Part shown: positions 50,334-62,907 of the stretch, piece after piece | Numbering within the stretch: position 1 is the stretch's first letter | How the letters are laid out: every line of letters starts with the position of its first letter | NCBI GenBank assembly: GCA_964270895.1 | Contig: OZ185445.1 | Strand: one strand, 5' to 3' | DNA length: 64,000 bases | From: Podarcis filfolensis | Taxonomy: Eukaryota | Translations under genes and position numbers: made by a program | The notes under the pieces: generated by a model | What the model saw: only the letters and a program-made list of their open reading frames with translations | Told to the model about the DNA's origin: nothing | Databases searched by the model: none

Positions 50334-52897
50334 CTGGATTTAAAGAAAAGGGCAAATGCATAGTGTAAGTATTAAAACAACAACAGGGCTTACAGATCCT
50401 GCCTACTAAAAGAGGCCACAAATACTTGAAACCCACACATGAATGACCAAAAGCTCAGGTGAAAAGGAAAGCTAGCTATGTTCACTGATTTCAAGCGGTC
50501 TGCCCTGATTATGACTACCCTTGGATACAACCTACTGTACAGAAAATGAGCTAGAGTATTTTGATTATATACTTAGTAAATATAATTTTCCATTCTAGTT
50601 ATATGAAATAGAAAACACTATTTACACATGATTTTGTGAAAACACCTCCATTAAGTGATAGCTTTTAAACAGCTTCAAGCGGTTTCTTCTATCATTGATG
50701 CCATTCCTGATTTTTATCATATTTTCCTGTTATCCTGGAATGACCTGCAACTTTGTCTAATGATGCCAGACAGCTAGACACCCATGAGTATCCCCAAAGA
50801 TACACTGAAATGTCTCCCCACTAAGCATAACCATACGCCATCTTACTAGGGGGTGTATGGCCACATTTGGTGTAGCATGACATGCATGTGCCTACCTTCC
50901 TCCTGATCTTCTGTGCTATATCTCTTCTCTGTTGGTTAGAGCATGGTGCTGATAAAGCCAAGGTTGCAGGTATGGTCCCCGTATGGGACAGCTGCATAGT
51001 CCTTATTACAGGGGGTTGGTCCCTTCCAACTCTACAGTTCTGTGATTCTCCCACACAACTGAGCCCAAGAATCTGAAAGCGTTTATTTTTTTCTCTTAGA
51101 TACAACTTTTCATTGTGTGGTTTAGCACTAATTGGTCTCAACAAACCAGCTTCATAATCTATGGATTCAAGTTGGTATATTTAATGGTGAACTATGGTCT
51201 GTGGTTTAGATGAAAAAAGGCAAATTTAAGCTTCTAAGCGCCTCCAGGCTACAGGAGGAAATAAGAGGGGAAAGCATGTAAACCTGGAAGGAAGGTAGGC
51301 TCATAAATGCCATCCTAAAACACTATTTAGCATGGCATCTGAATGTCTATGACTGTTAGGAAATATGCCGAATTTTAGAACATTCCTGTTTCATAGAGTA
51401 TTTATTTTATTTAAGGCTGTGTTTGATCGTCTAGCAATCTCAGGAGAGTACACTGAAACAAATAAACAGACTTCAAATTACAGGGCAGATAAAAACGAAC
51501 CACACCAAGTACAATAGTAATTAAAACAAATTCAGATAACCTACATAACTAAGAGAATTGTTTAGCAAATATCTAAGCAATACTGTTTTTAGCTGGTGAC
51601 AAAAACTCAAATGTTGGTGCTAGCCATATCCTGAAAGGGAGGGCATTCCACACCCGGGGCTCCACCACAGAGGAGGCCCTCTCTTAGGCTACCACACAGC
51701 AGATGTCATTGAAGTGTGGTAAAACGTAACTGGCATCCCTCAATGACCTTAATTTAGGGACAGGACAGTTGTGAATAGACTCTCCTAGTTTCACGAAGTT
51801 CCAAAGGACCTAAGTAAGCTGCTATCAAGTGAGGTGCTATTACTGTTATGTCAGTTAGTGTTTTAAATGTTGAAATGTTTTTGTTTTTGTTGTTCTTGTT
51901 TTTAAGATGTTTTCAGCTTGTATTTTTGTTGTGAACTGCCCTGAGAACTACGGATGAAGGGCGGTATACAAATTTAATAAATAAATAAATAAAATAAATG
52001 AATAAAGCTGGCTTTTGAATGATTCAGAATTTTTTATCAGACCAAAAGAAAGAAAAGCCCTAATGCTGTATCACTGGGGTGATGCTACCTACCAAGTTCT
52101 GCTAGAATAACAAAAGATACAAGATTTTAGAATGCAGACGCTGTAAAGAATAGATGTTGCTGGTGGGTTTAATACAAATAGCTCCTCTAGGGGTACAGAA
52201 CTGGACCTATAATAACCAAAATGCAAATAGCTCTTCATAATTGCAAATCTAGCCAATTTTGAATTACAGAGAATCCTTCAAAGAAGAGACTTTTTTAAAA
52301 GTCACATATCTTCATTTCAACATGTTTTGTACTCTTCATTTAGAGAGCTTTTATTTTAAAAGGCATGTGGTGAGAGGTTAACATTATAAATATACTAGAG
52401 AAAGGGCATTTTTCTCCTCATAAGAACCAGTATGGTGTAGTGATCAGATCAGGGCTAAGGCCACTGGAGTTCAAAGCCCCATTCAGCCATAAATCTCAGG
52501 CTAGTCACAAAGGCTGCTGCAATCTTTTGCACTGTTACCTAGTAATAAGTAAGTCCCATTGAATTCAATTAACTTAATCTTGAGCAGACATGTATAGGAT
52601 TGTGCTGTCAATCTGTCAGCCTAACTTACCTCACAGGGTTGTTGTGAGGATAAAATGGGCATGGGAGAATGACGTATAATGCCTTGAGCTCCTCAGAGGA
52701 AGGGGGATATATAAATGAAATAAAGTATGAAAAATATCACTGCACTATCTATCTCTCAGCAAGGTCTTTAGTTAAATGAAGAAAAGCCAGAATGAATTAT
52801 CTCCATGTGAAAACTCCTAGGAAACATTACCCTTTCTGTAAGACAAGTCAAACAACAGAAATCCAATATGTATGAGAAAATGTTGAAAAGGCCTAAC

Positions 52898-54196
52898 CTA
52901 ATGTAGCCTCCAGCTGCAAGCGTCTATGATACTTCGAACATTCGTCAATCATGTTTCTCATATCTTCAGTGCTATGCTTCCCTCGTTGATCAATAAATGC
53001 AACTGTACATTTTTTTGTGTACACAGATGTTGGTCGAATTGTTTCAGTGCGACCATGCTTAAAAGCTGCAGTACTACATGCTTCGTAAGAAGGAAGAAGT
53101 TTTCCATACTGGTGATAGACAGCCATCTGGCATGCAAGCTGAAACACAGCATCAGGGCTCAAATTTTGATTTATTAAATATTGTTTTCCAAACTTTTTAT
53201 ACTTAAGCGTTCTAACACAGAACATTCCCCTTTTTTGATCAAATTTCTGACGTGCAGCGCTTATAGCAGATGTTATTGTGTGATCCATATTAAATTCAAG
53301 CTTGTCACATGATGTAACAAATAGAGCTGGACTGGCTTGTGGTACAAGAGCCGGGTGCTCTGTGCTGTCTCTATAGACTTCATTAATAAAACGCAGAATT
53401 GCAATTCCATCTCCCCAAGAGTGTTCAAAATTTATTCCGGCAGTACCATCACTAGTGACAATCAGACTAAAAGATTTGTCAAACCAGCGATTGAAACCAT
53501 ATCCATGAAGAAAACAATGAGTGAGTTCAAGTTCATTTTGGGGGGAAGCTCTATCTAAGCAAAGACAAAATACGGCACTGTCAATTTTCTTGAGGTTTTC
53601 TTCGTTACCTTTTTGAACAAGTTCCTGTCTTAGTGTTGCCCAGGTATTTCTGTCTTCAGTTGTCAGGTAGCAAAGTTCAAACTTAGGCAACCGATCAGCA
53701 TCGTGTATTATTTGTGTTAAATGAGCCAGGATTTCAGATGGGTGTAGAATGTTACCAAAAGCATCCAATACTTCAAAAACATAGAGATGTCCATTTCTCA
53801 TCACCAACAGATGTCTTGCAAATTCACTTGTGAACAATGCATCTTTGCTTAAATTAGGAATTCTGGTGCTGTTGAAGAGTGACTTATATTGTGACATGTC
53901 TAAAGGATATGCATTCACCAAATACGCTCCATACCAGGATATACTAGGTGGAAGAATACGGATAAAATGTTTGAATACTTTACTCTGACCCCATTTGCGA
54001 TTGACATAATATATATCTGGCCGCAAATAGTTATTCTTCAGGCTGTTAAGAAATTTTAACGATGATACAACCAGATTTGTTGCTCTCACTATTTGCCTGT
54101 TGTATTCCGGTTTTGGGTCAGGATTTAAAGTAATGAAAGGGTTGTAGTTTAAAACAATTGGATCTCTTGCAGAAAGATACATATCATACCAGGGCC
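52898..54196 (-). CDS. CPT2-like exon 4 (catalytic core)
   Basis: gtag|GG CCC TGG TAT GAT...TTA G|gttag; 1299 nt. Motifs PWYDMYL, SWYGAYLVNAYPLDMSQY, NRWFDKSF, catalytic FEHSWGDG, CSTAAFKHGRTETIRP. Confidence 0.96.
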
Positions 54197-55003
54197 CTAC
54201 AAAAAATAAAATAAAAAAATATCCAGTTAATAAAATGCACATTTGTCTCTTTGATATATCAAAGATAGTTGCACAATCAAATCCAAGAGGTCACCAGTGT
54301 GGATAACAATCACTGTCACATGTGCCATTAAAGAAAAAAGTCTACCTTAAGAAAGTTGAAGTCTTACCCAAATAAGAACAGTTTTGGTCACACACACACC
54401 CTCAAAAAAGATATTGTAGAGCTGGAAGATGTGCAGTTCACAAAACGATCAAGGGGCTGGAGCAACTTCCCTAGGATGAAGATTTTTGTTTGTTTTTTTT
54501 AGCTTAGAAAAAAAGCAGGCATAAGGGAACATGATAGACATGTACAAAAGTATGTGTGGTGTTGAAAAATTCAATACCCCAGAGTAATCAGTTGAAGCTG
54601 AATTTCAGGGAGATTCAGGACAGAGAAATAAAAATAATGTATTTCATGCAGGGTATTGGTAAACTATGGAATTTTGTTACCATGTAATGTAGTGATGGCT
54701 GACAACTTAATCAGCTCTACAGGGGGATTAGATGAATTTATGGAGGATAAACCTATCAATGATGGCTATATATTCCCTCCAATATCAGAAGTATGCCTCT
54801 AAATGCTAGTTGCTGGGAATCTTAAGTGGGAGAGTGCTATTGTGCTTATGTCCTGCTTATGGGATTCCCATAGATATTTACTTAGTCAACAGCAACAGAG
54901 TGCTCAACTATACCGGCTTTTGGTCTGATCCAATAAGCTCTTCTTATATTGGTCAATATTTATTCACCTAATACTAACAGAATATGTGTATTCATTAAGC
55001 TAA

Positions 55004-55266
55004 AGGTAAAGGGTAAAGGGACCCCTGACAATTAAGTCCAGTCATGAGCGACTCTGGGGTTGCAGCACTCATCTCGCTTTAAAGGCCGAGGGAGCCAGCG
55101 TTTGTCTGCTTCCACAGACAGTTTTTTCCAGGTCATGTGGCCAGCATGACTAAGCCATTTCTGGCGAAACCAGAGCAGTGCACAGAAAAGATGTTTACCT
55201 TCCAGCCGAAGCAGTACCTATTTATCTACTTGCACTGTGTGCTTTCAAACTGCTAGGTTGGCAGGA
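55004..55266 (-). mobile_element. Sauria-type SINE, 5'-truncated
   Basis: 14-bp TSD ATTCATTAAGCTAA at 54990-55003 and 55267-55280. Confidence 0.85.
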
Positions 55267-55876
55267 ATTCATTAAGCTAATGAATACTAAATAAGGATAT
55301 TATCTGGAGAATATGCAACACAGAGACTTGACTGTTCCAAAACTTGAAACAAAACCAGTGATTTAAGAACTTTGAAAAACACTTAAGATAACAATTAATT
55401 TTTTTTGTGGGGAGTAATAGAAGTCAAGACTATATATGCTTCTGAGGACCAAAAGATACAGGATAACGTGTAGTCTACCAGACAGAAAGTTTCAGCAGAG
55501 GTACAGAGTTCATTCAGCTGACCATTTTGAGTGCTTTGTTTTTCTGTTTGAATTGTGTTTTGTCTGCAATTTGAAAATGGAAAGTGATCATGTGACAATT
55601 CTGTTATTCACCTAGATATCATGAGTGAACTAGCCATTGTGTAATCAACTTTTTAAGTTTTGGGATAGAGCATTCAACTGCAGTCTCCACATGAAGTGGA
55701 ATTCTTACATGACTACTTTATCACAAACATATAATCTGGTGGGGGAAAACAATCCTCACATAATGAGAGAGCATGGTTGTTGAAAAACAATTCCTAAACT
55801 GTCTCTGGAATAAACATCAATAATAATAAGAAAGTTCATGGGCATTTTTTTAATTGCAAGAATCTTAAAAACCAAC

Positions 55877-55983
55877 CTGCTATATAACTTGTATGCTTAT
55901 TAAGTCTATCATGTTCCAGAAGATCACGGTGTATTAACCTCCCTTCTCCAGCTTCAAACTTTCTAGCAATTTTTTCAGTATTT
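55877..55983 (-). CDS. CPT2-like exon 3
   Basis: ttctag|A AAT ACT GAA...ATA GCA G|gttgg = NTEKIARKFEAGEGRLIHRDLLEHDRLNKHTSYIA; 107 nt, same as recalled human CPT2 exon 3. Confidence 0.92.
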
Positions 55984-57274
55984 CTAGAAATTGAAAAAGT
56001 GTTACTCATCTTAGCACTGGATTTTAATAGTATTTATTATAATAAATTATAATATTTAGTTAATATAATTCCCTTTTATGTAACACATACAGTGTATATG
56101 CAATATATAGTGCCACCCTTACACACCTGGACATTAATGTAGGTTGTGCAGGAGCAGTGTTTCAACGAATCACACATTAAATAAACATTATATGAAATTA
56201 ATGGATGAAGTAAATATGACTCTGAAAAGAGTCAAGTCAGGTGTGCTCCTTAATCAAAGTCAAGGCTAACAAATATTGTAAATAGAAATTGTTGTAATTC
56301 CAGGCTTGGAGTTTTTGAGGAAGTAAATGTTTATATGAATTCTATTTAGGAGTCCATAAAGACAGTTTGCTATGACAGGTCTTCCTGAACTTGCTGCATG
56401 AATCATTTACCTGGATTATCAACACAAATTCCAGGTCCACTATGGTGTCTACAAATTCCAGAGAACTCAGAAGAGTCTTCCACTGTGCATGTGGAAAGAA
56501 CCTGAGGTGGGACTGGTCTCTCTTATCAGGGGCCTTAGCAGCTAGGTTTTAGAGAAGCAGAAGCAGCAAAAGGACTTGGGCTGTTTCTGCCACCTCTCAG
56601 ACCCAGTATGAAGTCACACCAGAACCCCTTTCCCTGGTTCCTTCAGCAAAAGAAGGCAGAAGAAGCAGAAGTCCATCCCTAGTAGATTGTGCCGCTTCTG
56701 ATTCTCCAAAGCTGAGCAGGAAGTGAGTGGTGGAGCATACCACTCCCTTGCATAATCTGCACACAGCAAAAAATTTGGGGGAAGGGGGAGAGGAAGTGCA
56801 CTGCCAACTAAAAACAAGGGCTGGACCCCAATTATCAGGGAAACAGCACCAAAAACATACACGTCCCAAGTAAGTGTGCAAAGGATTGCATCTTAGATTG
56901 TTTTCATTCAACTAGGGATGCAAACTATGTTTTTAAGTCAAAGGTTTCACAGAAATTGTGGTTTCTGAGGAGCGGGAAGTGGCACCATACATTTTTCTGG
57001 GAAGGAGTTACCAGTAAATATAAGAAGCTATTTTACATTGAGTCAGAGAATATGTCCAGCTGGCTCAGGCTGTGTATACACAAGAGCCACTGAAGACTGT
57101 GTAGTTGTTTTTTTCTACATAGTCCACACACAATCTAGATCTTTTTTATTTTTTGGGCGCCCCCAAAAAGTGCTTCTTGAGAAATTGGTTCCATTTTCAA
57201 AAAGGAAAGCTCATTGCAGATTGATTCTGCATTACCCCACAATGTGTCCATTTGAAAAAAGGCCCTCTGCGTGG

Positions 57275-57600
57275 TTCCCTGTAATCTCACTTCTCGCAGT
57301 GTGAGGACCGCCAGAAGGGCCTTGGGCTGAACAATTGGGTGGTGACGTTCCTTCAGGTATACAGGGCTGAGGCCGTTTAGGGCTTTAAATGTCAGCACCA
57401 GCACTTTGAATTGTGCTCGGAAATGTACTGGGAGCCAATGTAGCTTTTCAGGACAGGTGTTATGTGGTTTCAGCAGCTGCTCCCAGTCACCAATCTAGCT
57501 GCCGCATTCTGGATTAACTGTAGTTCCGAGTCACCTTCAAATGTAGCCCCACGTAGAGCGCATCAAAGTAGTCCAAGTGGGAGATAACCAGCGCATCAAG
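57275..57600 (-). mobile_element. Degraded L2/CR1-group LINE fragment
   Basis: Minus-strand VLTFKALNGL and LDY motifs similar to the 28.3-kb element; frameshifted. Confidence 0.7.
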
Positions 57601-57959
57601 ACTGAAAGCAGCATGTTGAGGACAGGCATTAACAATTCTTGATCGAGAAAAGTTACATTTTTGTGCTACAAATGGGTTAGTGTGTACACAGCCTCTGTCT
57701 TATTTCTACACTAACTAATAGCATCTCTGCAGGGTTTCAGACAAGATGCTGAAGATTGAACCTGGGACAATCAGTATGCCAAGCATGTACTGTGCTACAG
57801 CTCTTCCTATTGGCAAGGAGCACCAATAGAAAACACATACAGAGCCATACAAGAGAGTAGTTGTTTAAGCAGCTGCTGGTGATAGAGCTGGAGAGCAAAT
57901 GTTAATTTTTGTGTTTACATTTGACATATTGAAATAATTGCAAGTGTCATTTCTTGTAC

Positions 57960-58040
57960 CTGTACTCTTCTTCATTCAATAGTGGCTTCTGGGCAGCTAA
58001 ATATCTATTAATAGTATCCTCCAGTTTTGGAATAGGCAAT
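57960..58040 (-). CDS. CPT2-like exon 2
   Basis: ttgtag|A TTG CCT ATT CCA AAA CTG GAG GAT...TAC AG|gtaca = [27 protein letters not shown]; 81 nt, same as recalled human CPT2 exon 2. Confidence 0.93.
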
Positions 58041-59699
58041 CTACAAATGGATATTGACAAATTATAGATCTGGCACATAAATCCTCAGAGATTACTACCT
58101 CCCCTTCAATATACCAGCCCACCTGTTCATTCATATTTAAATTAATAATTTATGGCACATAGACACATAATTTATAGATTACCTGGAATGGGGGAGAATA
58201 AATACTCTTTTAATTTGCAAAGCCTTTGTTGCCTGATCACCCAGAGGTGATTCTTACTTGCCACAAGTATTATTTTAAAAAATTAAAGACAACTTAAATA
58301 ATGAAGACACCAAAGCCTCTTATCTACAAATGTTAAAAACAGTAAGAGTGGAAAGACTACTAGTTCTATTTCCACAATGATACATTCGCACTGAATCTTT
58401 ATGCCTTCTAAGATTTAAAGGATATAATGCACAATGAAAATCAGAGGAAGCGAAATAAATCACATATCAGGGACCCCCTACAGTAGCAAACCAGCAGTGC
58501 CTCACTCATACTGATTTATATCTGCAATGTCAGCAGGTGAGGACCAGTATGAGCTATCCCCATGCTCACAGAAACATGCATGCAGATACACAACAGAATT
58601 TTGTCCTGTGAGGATCAGAAGCGCTGAAACACTTGTCTCCTACAAAAAGCATCTTATTTCAAGCAGCTTAATGCTTCCTACAATCCTGCAGTATAATCAG
58701 GATGGTTAAACAGTTATTAAATGCTGCACACTTTCCACATGTGCACTACATCCATTTATGGATTGTGAGCAGCCATTGAAAAGGGTGCAACTATTCCAGT
58801 TAAACTAGACATATTAAGGCATAATTAGTCTTAATTAATGTTTAGGTTTACCAGGAAAACTGATATGAGATTAGTTTTAATAGAACAAATGTTAGGTGGA
58901 CAGATGTGCACACAATGTCAATAAATATTATTTATAAATCAATCAATGAAGGAATCTTTCTCAGGTCCTCCTTCTGCCCAGGACATGCATGAGCTGGGCT
59001 GCAGTTTGTAAGTGTGTTGTGCAAATGCTCCCTGCAGTCCTCCAGAAGCTGGAAACAGGCTAGTTTAACCTCTGGTTTGCTAGTGAAACTGAATTACAGT
59101 GTCAAAAAATGATGCACATCTAAAAAGTGTGTCACCAACATGAAAAGCTTGGAAAGCTCTGGGCTTTGCTAACGTCCCTTATCAGTGTTGCATCTCTGCA
59201 TGGTGTATCCACAATGGATCCTAGTGCTAAGCTGGCATGCACAAAAAGAGTCTTGTGGTGCCTTGACACCTAAGAGCGCAATCCTATCTGTTTACCAGAA
59301 AATGTACTTCCACAAAGCTCAACCAACTTGCCCTAAAGTAAGTGGCCATAGGATCGCAACCCAATATACTGCACAGCCTAAGTTTCTGCAGATGGTAACT
59401 GCATTAGTATTTAAGGCGACAGCTTTTAAAAATGGTCCTGAGACGACTCACAATGCAAACGTACAACGTGGTCAAATAAATCTTACTTATATTTTGCACT
59501 TAAGTGTGGAAGGAGGAGCTCACTCAAGTAGGATCAGCCCCAAGCACTCTGCCCAACAAGCGGGCCGGCTTTCACTTGAGGTGTCTTGTTGCGTTTGCTC
59601 TTAAGTGCAAACTACTGTGCATATATAACCCCTGTGGGAACGAGTGGCTTTTTGGGAAGAGCAGGAGGAGGAAGAAGAAGGAGGCATGAGGGACCTGCT

Positions 59700-60200
59700 C
59701 GCCTTCCCGCTTCCTCCTCAGCTCCTCTTTCTTCCTCACCCCCCACCCTGCAAGTCTGGAGCAACGGCGACGCGGGGGAACCTGGGCAAGCTGGGCTGGA
59801 AGTGCATGGTAGGAATGGTGCTCCGGTGCACGAAGTGATGGTCCGTGTCCTGCTCCGACACGATGCCTTCCAGCTGCCCCACGGTCCTCCAGTAGCGGCG
59901 GCTCCTGGCCGCGCTGCTCCACAGGGCCGCGGCGCCCCACCGTGGCCTCGCTCGGTGCATGTTACGTTGAGAAGGGGTGGGGGGGGAGCAGAGCAGGCGC
60001 CAACCGATCCTCGCCGGCACGCGCTTCTTAGAATGGCGGCAAACGGCCGCGCTCGGGCGGTAACCAGGGCAACGCGAGGGAGCGCGAGAGGCCGTTGCTC
60101 TTCTGCAGAGGAGGCGCGGGCGAGCGCTGAGGCGGCCTTGTTCTTTGAGTCTCCCTCATGGCCCCCTCGTCTGGTGCTCTTTTCTTTTTGGGGTTGGGGG
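59700..60200. promoter_or_regulatory. CpG-rich promoter region of the CPT2-like gene with X-box (RFX) motif GTAACCAGGGCAAC at 60060-60073
   Basis: GC/CpG-rich stretch over exon 1. Motif fits GTNRCC(N0-3)RGYAAC. YY1-like AATGGCGGC at 60032-60040. Confidence 0.55.
59782..59960 (-). CDS. CPT2-like carnitine O-palmitoyltransferase, exon 1 (mitochondrial presequence)
   Basis: aacATG at 59960; Arg/Ala/Ser-rich N-terminus MHRARPRWGAAALWSSAARSRRYWRT with no acidic residues, then HRSTIPTMHFQPSLPR (human CPT2 QRSIVPTMHYQDSLPR); phase-2 donor AG|gt. Symbol left blank because orthology to CPT2 is unresolved. Confidence 0.8.
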
Positions 60201-60278
60201 GGTAGAGCTTCTCCCCCGCCTCATATTTTATTCCACCTCGGTCGGTGTATGTTTCTAGGTCACCCGTTTTACCTTGCA

Positions 60279-60742
60279 GTGCCGGATTTACGTATAAGCT
60301 AAACAAGCTATAGCTTTAAAAATTTAAAGAAAAAAACACAACTGGATGTAAATTTCCAAAATAGAAGATAAAAAACAAAATAAAACCTACATACAGCAAC
60401 AGTGTTTTGTGTTGAGTAGGCGCCTATGATGTAAGTAATGGGCCCTGCTAGCCTGCTCCCTAAAATACCACTGGTTTGCTCATTTCTATATATAGGGTTG
60501 TATTTCACTATTAATATACTTCTTTTTAATTGTATTTCAGTTCAATAATTACTTTGATAAAATACATATTTTGTTATGTGCAAATGGCTTTAGATACCTA
60601 TTAGGTCGATAAATTACCATATAGCATATGTTCAACACAAAAAACAGTGGCAATTTGTTGTTGACAAAGGACAGCTGGATATATAAAGGGCCCCATTACC
60701 TTCAGTAGCTTAGGGCCTCATCAAACTTAAATCTGTCCCAGA
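60279..60742. mobile_element. hAT-like MITE (termini CAGTGCCGGATTTA...TAAATCTG); related copy in opposite orientation at about 26626-26994
   Basis: Both terminal segments are shared with the 26.6-27.0 kb element; the interiors differ. Confidence 0.5.
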
Positions 60743-62605
60743 GTGGGACCCATTTTATGGAAGAAGGTGCAAAATAAATGACTCGGAAGCGCTGCTTCCC
60801 CATACCTAAAACCAGTTTTCCAACATGAGGGCAAACCTTGTTATTTTAAGGAGCAGGAAGCAAAAGTATTGAACACCCCCACCCCATCTCTTTCTGCTAT
60901 TGGCCTAATGAAGCATGCTGAGAATAGTTCCACAGTATAAATAAGGTCACTCGTATTTTTTAAGGTGTAAATACATTTGCAGCCTCAAAGAGAAGACTCA
61001 TGGGCGTAGCCAAAGGGGGTGGGCAGGGTGGCAGCTGCCCCATCAATAAAAATCAATAAAAATACTTAACTGAGATTCCCCCCCCCCCAACAAAAATCCT
61101 GGCTACGTCCTTGTCTGCAGACCGTATGTTTTTATCGGAATTAATTGCATATTTTATTTTGGAAAGCAACACATTGCAAAACCCAGAAGTAGTATTTCAA
61201 TGCCTCCTGCCTTTGCTGCATTTATTAAGGATTTAAAAACAAAGCAAACAGGAAGGCTCCTCTCATGTGTTTTGTGTATCAACTATATGTAGGTAAAGCT
61301 ACAAGCTAGGCGCACAGTTTTAGAAACCACAGATCGGCAATTTTGACAAAGCATTTGCCAAACACTTCTGAGAAACGCAGCCTGTTGGAATTAGCAATAG
61401 TAATTCTAGACATATGCCAACAGATCCAGCAGTGTTAGCAAAAAAGGGAGAACTTCTGGCTGTACATGCTGGACACATTAACACCACATGACCTCAGCCT
61501 AGTGACCAGCACCCTTGAGGGAATGAAGGCTTTCTGAGCATCCTCAAAGGTCTCTTAACTATCACCTGTGAAACAGCATCATTTTTATCAGAGCAGCTGA
61601 TGAAGGTGGAAGCCAAAACGTTTTACTGTAAATAAAATTAAGATTTCTGTTTAGTCCTTGTAATAAATATGTGCTACAAGATCCAGAGCAAACTTGTCTG
61701 AAGTGCTCTTTGTTGCTTTTACTCTCCCCCTCCTCATATTTGGTAGCCATACCATGGTATCCAACTAAGTTCTGCTCAGAGTTAACCATTTAAAGTAATG
61801 CCTAAGCCATGTCAATTAGTTCTAATAGATCTACTCTTGAGTATAACAGACATTGGCGACAGCCCATATTGTTGCATCCATCTAAGTAAAAGTCCATTGC
61901 TTTCAATAGATCTGCAACTTAAGTTGGAGGCCATGCATATTCTGTTAATATTATTACTGTTAAGAATTCCTTTTTTATATAGCGAAATTGATTTGCAGTG
62001 GAATTGCTAGGAGCAGGGTTTTTTTTTTAATTAAGAGCCTCATAAAATACCTATTTCTCTTTTAAAAAGGTAACAGACATAGTGAACAAATTCTTACTGA
62101 ACAAAAGATACTTTATTTAGAGACCACACCTTTAAAAAAATAATAATGTATATTTACAATCAAATATAAGATGCAATTTAACCTTCCTATTAATAACAAA
62201 GCAGGACGCAGCATCTGAAACGCCTTTTTTTTCTTCCCCAAAACAATGACACTGTTGTGCCAGTGAAAGGTCTGAAAGCAAATGTTTCAAATTGAGGGCA
62301 TTTCTTTCTTGAGTGTAGACGCCTCTGCCCCAGCTCGGGCTGCCCGCCTTCCCGCATTTGGGAATGACTGGAAGTGGATTGGCTGCCAGTGAGCTCATGT
62401 ATTTATGGATCTCTTTCCCGCTAGTAGCAGCAACAGCAATGTACCACGTAGGCTCCTTCCGTCCGGTGAGATGCTGCTGTTCCTAACGCCACACTTTGTT
62501 TTTCTCTCTCCCTCTGCTGACCTGACCGTATTATGTTGGCTCTGCAGAAATGTCGAGCCGCTCTTCCCTTTGCGGGTGCTAATACCCTTTGTTGGTAGGG
62601 TTTAC

Positions 62606-62613
62606 TGACGTCA
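62606..62613. promoter_or_regulatory. Full palindromic CRE (TGACGTCA) in the CpG-rich region upstream of the RHOBTB3 start
   Basis: Exact consensus about 300 nt upstream of the inferred RHOBTB3 start codon. Confidence 0.45.
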
Positions 62614-62907
62614 CGAGGCAAATGGCTGAGCTCGAAGCTGGGAGCTGCTGAGTTTACGTGCTGCTTTCACCTTCGGCAGCAGCGAGCTGTTGTCACAGAG
62701 AGCTAAGGCTCATTTTCCACTTGCAGAGAAGGGATTGCTGAATAGGAGGAGGACGGTGGCGGAAGCACCCCACAGCCGTCGACGGGGTGAATGAAACAAC
62801 CTCAGGAAATGGAGAAAGAATAAACCCAAGCAGCTTTGGATTTATAATGCAAGCAGCTTTTGCAGGATCCACAGTCACCTTGCTCTCCTGCTTTTGGATT
62901 TAAGATC

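Noticed and set aside
55325-55354. Plus-strand DLTVPKLETK resembling CPT exon 2 (LPIPKLEDT)
   Set aside because: Wrong strand and no splice context; the true exon 2 is at 57960-58040 on the minus strand.
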